A DNA stretch of 58,887 nt, filler included, from Platydemus manokwari (taxonomy: Eukaryota), in assembly GCA_037951405.1 (NCBI GenBank). It is 5 parts of 5 records of this genome, joined end to end, with 100 filler letters (N's around TTAATTAATTAA, not from the genome) between each part and the next. Parts side by side here need not be neighbours in the genome. Positions count along the whole stretch, not along the records: positions 47,428 to 58,887 come from JBBMOY010664429.1; 4 more parts are not named here. One strand, given 5' to 3'. The notes beneath the pieces are model-generated. The model was given only the letters and a program-made list of their open reading frames with translations. It did no database searches and was not told the origin of the DNA. A program made the translations under genes and the position numbers. Of this stretch, positions 51,806-58,887 are shown one piece after another; within the stretch, counting starts at the first letter, position 1, and the number at the start of each line of letters is the position of its first letter.

Positions 51806-53068
51806 ATGGAAAACAAATCACGTTTTAATGATTTATTTTTACCACCAACATTTAAACCACCACCACCATTTTACCATTTAACTGAATTAAAAGAGATGAA
51901 ACCAATTTTAAAGGAAATCCCAGAAATAAAAAGAATAAATTGGGGTGTAGAGAGAAGAAATCAGCTTGGGATACCTAGCTCACATGCATGTATGACATTC
52001 GGATATAAAGGCCGAACAATTTCAACACGGATGACGTTAAATAACAGGCAGGTTGACGAAATTATTGACTTAGGGTCAAACATCATTATAGTATCAAGGG
52101 ATTTCTACCACAAAAGGAAGAAGAAAATGTAGTTTGGGGAGAAGAAAGCATAAAACAATATCAGGTAGGAAGGACTATTGTAAATATTGGAATGACTGGT
52201 AAAACAATGTAACACATTGTGCTTATAATGGATCATTGCCCATTTAAATGTCTGTTAGGAATGGATATGCTAGAACGACTAGGAAACAGTATTAGATTTT
52301 CTAACAGGAAATCTTGTCGAAGTAACGTCTAGAAAATTAATGTATAAATCTAATGAAGTATATTTAGATAGTATGTTAATTATACCACCACATTCAGAGA
52401 TCGTATATTAGGCTAGCACACCTGAAACAGAAAAAGAATGTTTATTATTCGAACCAAAATAACAATTCATACAAAAATATGGAATACCAGTTTGTAATGA
52501 ATTAGTATTGATTGACAATCAAAAGATTCCAGTTAGGTTATATCTAACTTTGAAAATAAAATGGTGACACTTGGAGTATTATAAACTATATATGATATTG
52601 ACCCGAATATTAGGAAATTACCAACAGAAAATTATGATAATATAAAAATTGACAGTGAAGTTTTAAATGAAAATCAAAAATTAAAATTGTTAATTAAATT
52701 ATATAGTGATATACTAGCTAAACATGAATTCGATGTAAGTAGGACTCACGTGGTTGAACATGAAAACCATTATTACCAGGTAAGAAGACCCCAATCGGAA
52801 TGAGATCGTACTGTATACCGTACGCGCACTTGGAAGAAAGTAAAAGATATAAACAACAAATGCTTGAAAATAGCATAATAAGACCTAGTTTTTCCGCATG
52901 GGGATTACCAGTGGGTGTTGGTGAAAAAGAAAGATGGTAATATCATATGGTGTGTGGACTATCGAAAATTAAACGCAGTCACTAGACGAGATACATATCC
53001 ATTGACCCTCCTACAAATTATTTATAATAAAAAGGAAATTTGTTCAACTATTGACTTAAACAAAGGGC
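51806..53068 (+). pseudogene. Gypsy pol relic (protease, spacer, N-terminal RT); truncated
   Basis: A degenerate D-x-G protease site is followed by the LLGMD motif and QMLENSIIRPSFSAW, KKKDG, CVDYRKLN and DTYPL. Similarity ends at about 53068, before YxDD. Confidence 0.85.
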
Positions 53069-54599
53069 TTATTCCCTGAGTTTCATTGCTCACATTTTCT
53101 GGTGACGAACTAGTTCGATTCAATGATCAATAATTAAGACACTTATTCTATCTTGAAATTAATCATTCGATGAAATTTTGAAATAATTCTTGTTGATAGA
53201 TTTTTATTCATTAAATATACGTATTGTAATTTCCAAGTTCTTTATATATTGGAGAGTTGATTTTCTTGTACTTAGATCTCTAAAAAAATTATACATAATA
53301 TATATATATATAAAATAATAATGAAATAAATTTCAAATTTTTTTACTTTTATATCAAGCACTCATTATTGCTCATTGAAATTCCTCTGCCCGGGAGGTGA
53401 CGGCAATCTAAAAAATGAAATTAAAAAAATAAATATACAAAAAAGATCATTTTATATACATAATTGGCTACACAGTAATACAGCCGCTATAACCGATCAA
53501 TCAGAACTAACATGGATCTAGGATTTCAATTTGACAAAATACATGGCTACACTACGACAATTACAGAGCCTCAGAAATTAAAATACCGATAAAAAATTCA
53601 TCAAAGGTAACTTTAGTAAATTAGACCACATATTTTTTTTCTATATTTTGCTTAAATTCTATACAAATTAACTTTTATACCCTCTGCTTTTTCCTTAATG
53701 ATGATTGTTCCAGTAAGAAAATGTGGCGAATATTAATATTTTTTTTCATAACCTATTTTTGTCAATTTACCTCTTTCAGTTCCTTTCATGAACTGTCGAT
53801 TCTTTTTTCACTTGATCGGAAATTTCTTTTATCCATTTAATACAGTTAAATATTTCCTTTTCTAATATTTGATTTTCCTTATTTTTGATTGTAAAGTTTA
53901 AATCTATTTATATATGCAAATAATTTCGATATGAAAAACCTACAACTGTGCTATTGTTATAATGAATAGAACAAGAAATCGTTGACTGGTATAGTTTAAT
54001 TCTCAATACAATAATTCTTATTATCTTCTATTTATTATGGGTTAATTAATTAGTGCAATCTGTTTTAGCACTTTATGTTCATTAATAGCCTCATATTTAT
54101 ATTATCATAAATACCATATTAAATTCTCATTTTTATTTAACTCTTCGGATGTTTCTATTATTATGATTGCCAATAGTACTCGAATTATTCTTTTGGACTT
54201 ATTGATTCCACTTGACTAATTTGTGTTGTTATTCTTTAACTTCTTGACTTAAGTTAGTTTTCTACCGACATTTTAATTTCTTCTTTAATTGATTTTCCAC
54301 TAGATTATGTCTCTGCAGAAAACCTGAATGACAGTTAAATCGAATATTCTTAGCCAATGTGCTCAGGTTTAGTGATTGTGTTTTGTTAATTGAGTTTTTG
54401 CTTTTTTGGTTGTCTACACATTGTATATTTTATAGTAATTTTATTTATATTTTCTTAATTTTATAAACATTTTTTTGTTTTTTTGCTATTACCTGATATA
54501 TTCTGTTTATTTATTTCATTAATTTATTATCCTACTTCAAATAAGGGAAAATAAAAATTCGATCTATTCATGATAGTGGTTTCAACGTCTTCTCGATAA

Positions 54600-57500
54600 A
54601 TTAATATTCAAATATCATATTCATAATATCTCTTGAAATTAATAGTATGCATGTTATATATAACAAAACTCCAAAACTCCATTAATTGAAAAATTAATTC
54701 TGAATATTTAAACAAGCATCTCAGATATTATCTAACTTTCCTATATCATTGTTTTTGAAGTTATCCTCATCCACTCAATTCTTCTAGTCTTCTTCGTGGT
54801 AATCAAGAACCAGTTGATGCGGATTTAGAATTTCAAAATTCTATATCCGTTCTCTATTGCCATGTGTGGTCCTTTCATCATTGAAACTTCCTCCCATCAG
54901 CAAAAATATGACTGCTTGTGGTTTCCGTGCAGAATCTGCTTAAAGTTATGACAACTGATTTTAGATGCTTTTCTGTTTCTTTGATGATCCGGTTATGATA
55001 GCTTGTTTTATTTAACCGCAATGCAGGCATATAAATTTGACTTCCAAATATGTTGTTAAAGGCGATTATCGAATTGAACTCTGATACACTGTGTTAATAC
55101 GAAAATACAAATCATAAGGTTGTTTCTCTGATGTCAGCATAGTCACTATCATGTCCCGAACCGTTTTGATCATTCTTTCAGTTAAACCATTAGCCTGATG
55201 TTGATATGGTGAATTAAATTAATGTTTTATTTTAAAACCTGTAGCTAATTCTCATTGTTTTATCTTCAAAACTTGCTACTATCGATGAGTATTGATTTTG
55301 TACAACCGTACCTATAAATCCAACAAATTATAATTGAATTGGTTATGCTAGCATCATCTTGTCCAGTAATTGGTATTAAATTTAACAATTTATCGACTAT
55401 CAACAATAACTAATAAATGCTACGTTCTGTTTTTAAATTTTTCAAAATGAACAACATCAACAACGATTTGTTTGATAAGGTTGAGTTCTTTTCGTGGAAT
55501 CTTAAATTCTTTTCTTCCAATGATTTGAACCTTTTACGTTATACAAATTTCACATTTTTGAATTGCATGCTCCAAGCCATGATTAACTACTAGTAAATAT
55601 TCTGAATATAATTAACCAATTTATTACTGTTAATATGACTCAACTCTTCATGGAGCTATTTTGTTAATTTCTGTGAATGTGATTTTGATATAACAATTAA
55701 TTTGTTTTCATTCTCATTTTACGCCACAACCTCTGCAAATAGCGCGTACTTCTCTAAATGCGGGAAATATTTATTTTTCTTTATAGCTGAGTTGACTAAA
55801 GATTCCAATTTATATAGCCATTTTTAAATAAAACTGATATTGGTATCAGACCGTTGGATTTTTCTTAATTCATCGTTACTAGTAATTGGGTGATCAACAA
55901 CATTGATTAATCGAGTTTTGGACTTGCACATAATTTTGATAGCACAAGTGTATTTCCATGATAATTCGCTTACGATACAGGAAATAGAAATTGAATCTCA
56001 ATAAGTTTGTAAACCAAGTTCAAAACTGAAAATTTATCTTTTTAATGGTTTTTCTCATATCCGTCAATGCTTTGTGATTAATTCGAGCTACAAACCCTTT
56101 ACCAATTAAATAATGTTAAAAATGCGTAATAAATTCGTCTACAACCAAAGATTTCTTTCTCATAACGTAATAAACTTTTTCTTGACTTTTAAGCGTTTTA
56201 GAAGTGTTAGCATTTATTTTCATTTTCTTTACTATCCATCTGAGTCTTGCATGATGTTTCTCAATTGTTCTTCCATAAGCCAATATATCGTCCAGATAAA
56301 CAAGAATAATTTTATAAATTCGAATTCTGAAATTTGTATTCATGAACTTCTGAACATTTATTGGAGCAGTACAAATTCCAAAAGCCAATCTATTAAAACA
56401 AACTTTCTTGTCCTTGTGCTGAAAACAGTTTTTGAATTGAAATTTTTAAGCTCAACTCTATAGAGTACGCATAACATAAATCTATCGTTAAAAAAACTAT
56501 TGCATAATTTTGAGAATCCAGTAACTCTTGAATACCTCATACCGGAAAAGAAAATTTTTCGGTTTGTTCATTTAATTTCCGAAAATTTAGGCAGATTCTT
56601 AGTGATCCATCCTTTTTGGAAATTATTACTAATGGTGAATTTCAATGGCTTATATATCGTGCAATGACATCATTTCCTAAAAGATTTTCTATCATATCTG
56701 GATTTTGTTCTCGATTTATTAGTTACAGTTTAGGATTTTGTGCAAAGATTCAAATTTAATTTGTATCTCGTGCTTTATCAGGTTTGTTAGCCCTTAGTCA
56801 CATCGAGAATCCATAGAAATGGAACCATTTTTTGAATACACTTTCTGAATGAAATGTGATTACTAACAGCAATGCTCTTAATCGCTATTTCAATTTTATC
56901 TTCATCACTGTGCTTCCTGTATACATGCGTTGTATTGATCACTTTCATTCGATTTCATATTCCGTATTTCTTCAATATATCGATTCCATCAATAAATGCT
57001 GGTGAAATTTATTTTACCACAGTAATGTCCATAAGAATGTATTTTATTTCAGACTATCTTTTCCACGCAATATTGGAATTTATCAGAAAAATTATGAAGT
57101 AATTTTAGTTAGGACTTCTTGATATGAGAATTTCCAATAAGTTCCAAGTTTTCTCTATTCATTACTGTTATTGATTCTCATCACATTTCGATCTTTTCTC
57201 CATTGCATTCCATCAGTCTCTATAGTTAACCATCTACCTTATACATCTTCAGACAACTCTTCACATCTCACTCTTCTAGTCCCAATCTATTTCTTGCTTT
57301 TAAATATCCTAAGTGAGTCATCTTCACTGCTAAGATTGACGGAAGAGGTTGGTACTAGTTTTTCATCTTCAGATGATAAATCATTCAAATCTCAACTTGT
57401 TCTTCAATATGTATGTTAAGAACTCTATTTGAACGATCATCTTTGTATTTCTTGATTAAATAACATTCTCTAAACGAATGCCATACTTTATCGCATGCCC

Positions 57501-58330
57501 TGAATTTATCTTGAATTGAGCAATTAAACTTCTTATTTATAATTTGTCTACAACAAAAACAAATTCCGAACTTCAGAAATTCATTTTGTGGTGTTGGTTT
57601 TCCTCTGTACAAATTATAAAACTTAATGGAAATCATCTTTATTTATTGTTGCTTTCTCTTGTTCGGTGATGTTGTTACTATGAATTTCAAAATATCTCCT
57701 GGGATCATTTCATTTTCTATTTGAATTGTGCTTAGATTAGATCCTTTTCGACATTTCTTACACGATATCTCTGAAACTGTTCTGATTTTTTCTTAAGACA
57801 TTCGAATAGCTCTACCTAACGATATTCATGGGATTCATTAGATTATTTTTTCCATATTAATGGCCATATGTCTCTATTCTGCTCTCATTTGTCATTGTTG
57901 GATCCAATATAAAAGATTCTTTGACTTTGTTGCTTCGCAAAACAAATAGACTTGTGATTTCCTCTATTGGTATCTTTTCTAAAACCTCTGACTAGTTTGC
58001 TTACAGTAGCTCATAGCTTCTATGTATATATATCAAGGTTTGTTACACAAGCATGTGGCTTTAATGCCATCACCAAACCATAAATAGAACTCTATCATCG
58101 ATTGGCGCATATACACGACAGATCTATTAAAGGAATGAGATCTTGGAGGTGGATACTTGTCTTTCGTAGTCGGTAGAATTATGTACCTTATTCTTTTTAA
58201 TGATCATTCCAATGATCTTTGTTTCTGTTTCTGCTTTATCTTTCGGCTGCTGATGCCGCTGTGACTTGATTATCGACTTTGGCATTAAGTTAACGCGTAA
58301 TATTGTGATTGAAAATTATAATTTTGATAT
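54600..58330 (-). mobile_element. Second degenerate Ty3/Gypsy element (gag-PR-RT-RNase H-integrase), no env seen
   Basis: Two knuckle-like motifs (CFCC..., ACDKVWHSFREC, ~57460-57565), RT MAFGICTAP...VYLDDILAYG (56116-56388), RNase H-like KGFVARINHKAL (~56065-56100) and integrase SPYQHQANGLTERMIKTVRDM (~55150-55213). Boundaries are approximate. Confidence 0.85.
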
Positions 58331-58887
58331 TCAGCGTTATTAAACATACATAACAAGGTTGTACCATAGAGGGATGTACTTTATCAATAAAATTTCTTTA
58401 ATACAGATTTCAAAATGTTATCCTTGGTGGGTTATTCTTTATGGCTTTTGTATTATTAATGATGATCTGTTTTAGAAATTGTTAAATGTTTGGTTATTTA
58501 TGTAATTATTTGTTTGGCTTATAATATGTGAAGAAATCTCTTCGAGTTTTTAATTTCTTTTGCTTTAGATTTGACTATATTTTAGCATATTAGACTAAAA
58601 CCCATTTTTTCGTTAATTCCGATTTTTATTGGAATGCATTGACATTTATATTGATTTTCATGAAATTTTAAGATGGAATTTCAGCAATTATTTTTATTTT
58701 ATTACTTAAAACGACGATCGACTTGTGTGTATTGTACATTTTTCTGAGGTAATTCTGCTTTATATCCGAAAATTATTATTTGGCTACGTTATACTCAAAT
58801 TTTTAATTTTTCTTGATTTATTTACTTTCCTTTTTATTATAAAGTGAATTGTTTTTTTGCCTGATTGACTTTCAAATTCATTGATTA

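Larger units (their letters stand above)
48000..53068 (+). mobile_element. Degenerate, 3'-truncated Ty3/Gypsy LTR retroelement with order LTR-gag-envelope glycoprotein-protease-RT
   Basis: Components are a gag capsid-like segment (48337-48621), a zinc knuckle CFKCNRIGHYA (~49011), a glycoprotein relic (~49780-51600), protease IIDLGSN...CLLGMDML (~52060-52275) and RT LVKKKDG..WCVDYRKLNAVTRRDTYPL...STIDLNKG (~52920-53068). There are many stops and frameshifts. Confidence 0.88.

Overview
This is a very AT-rich eukaryotic (invertebrate-like) scaffold with many 42-50 nt introns; a flatworm is plausible but cannot be established from sequence alone. It contains four artificial N44-TTAATTAATTAA-N44 scaffold joins. 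Host genes: a partial NCLX/SLC8B1-type cation/Ca2+ exchanger (-), MPV17 (+), the meiotic helicase HFM1/MER3 (+, about 25 exons, starting only 100 nt after the MPV17 stop, with a U12-type AT-AC first intron and an apparent +1 frameshift), ZNF622/Rei1 (-), and a KANK-family gene (+) with a 5.4-kb repeat-expanded exon. Mobile DNA: mariner, pogo/Tigger and Tc1-like relics, a family of short TG...CA elements with 5-bp TSDs, and two degenerate Ty3/Gypsy elements. The most notable observation is the + strand Gypsy relic at about 48.0-53.1 kb, which carries a chuvirus-like (class III, gB-type) envelope glycoprotein between gag and protease-RT. This gives a gag-env-pol order, and a PPxY motif follows the membrane anchor. 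It is a candidate enveloped endogenous retrovirus-like element. All family assignments come from recognising motifs by eye; no searches were run.
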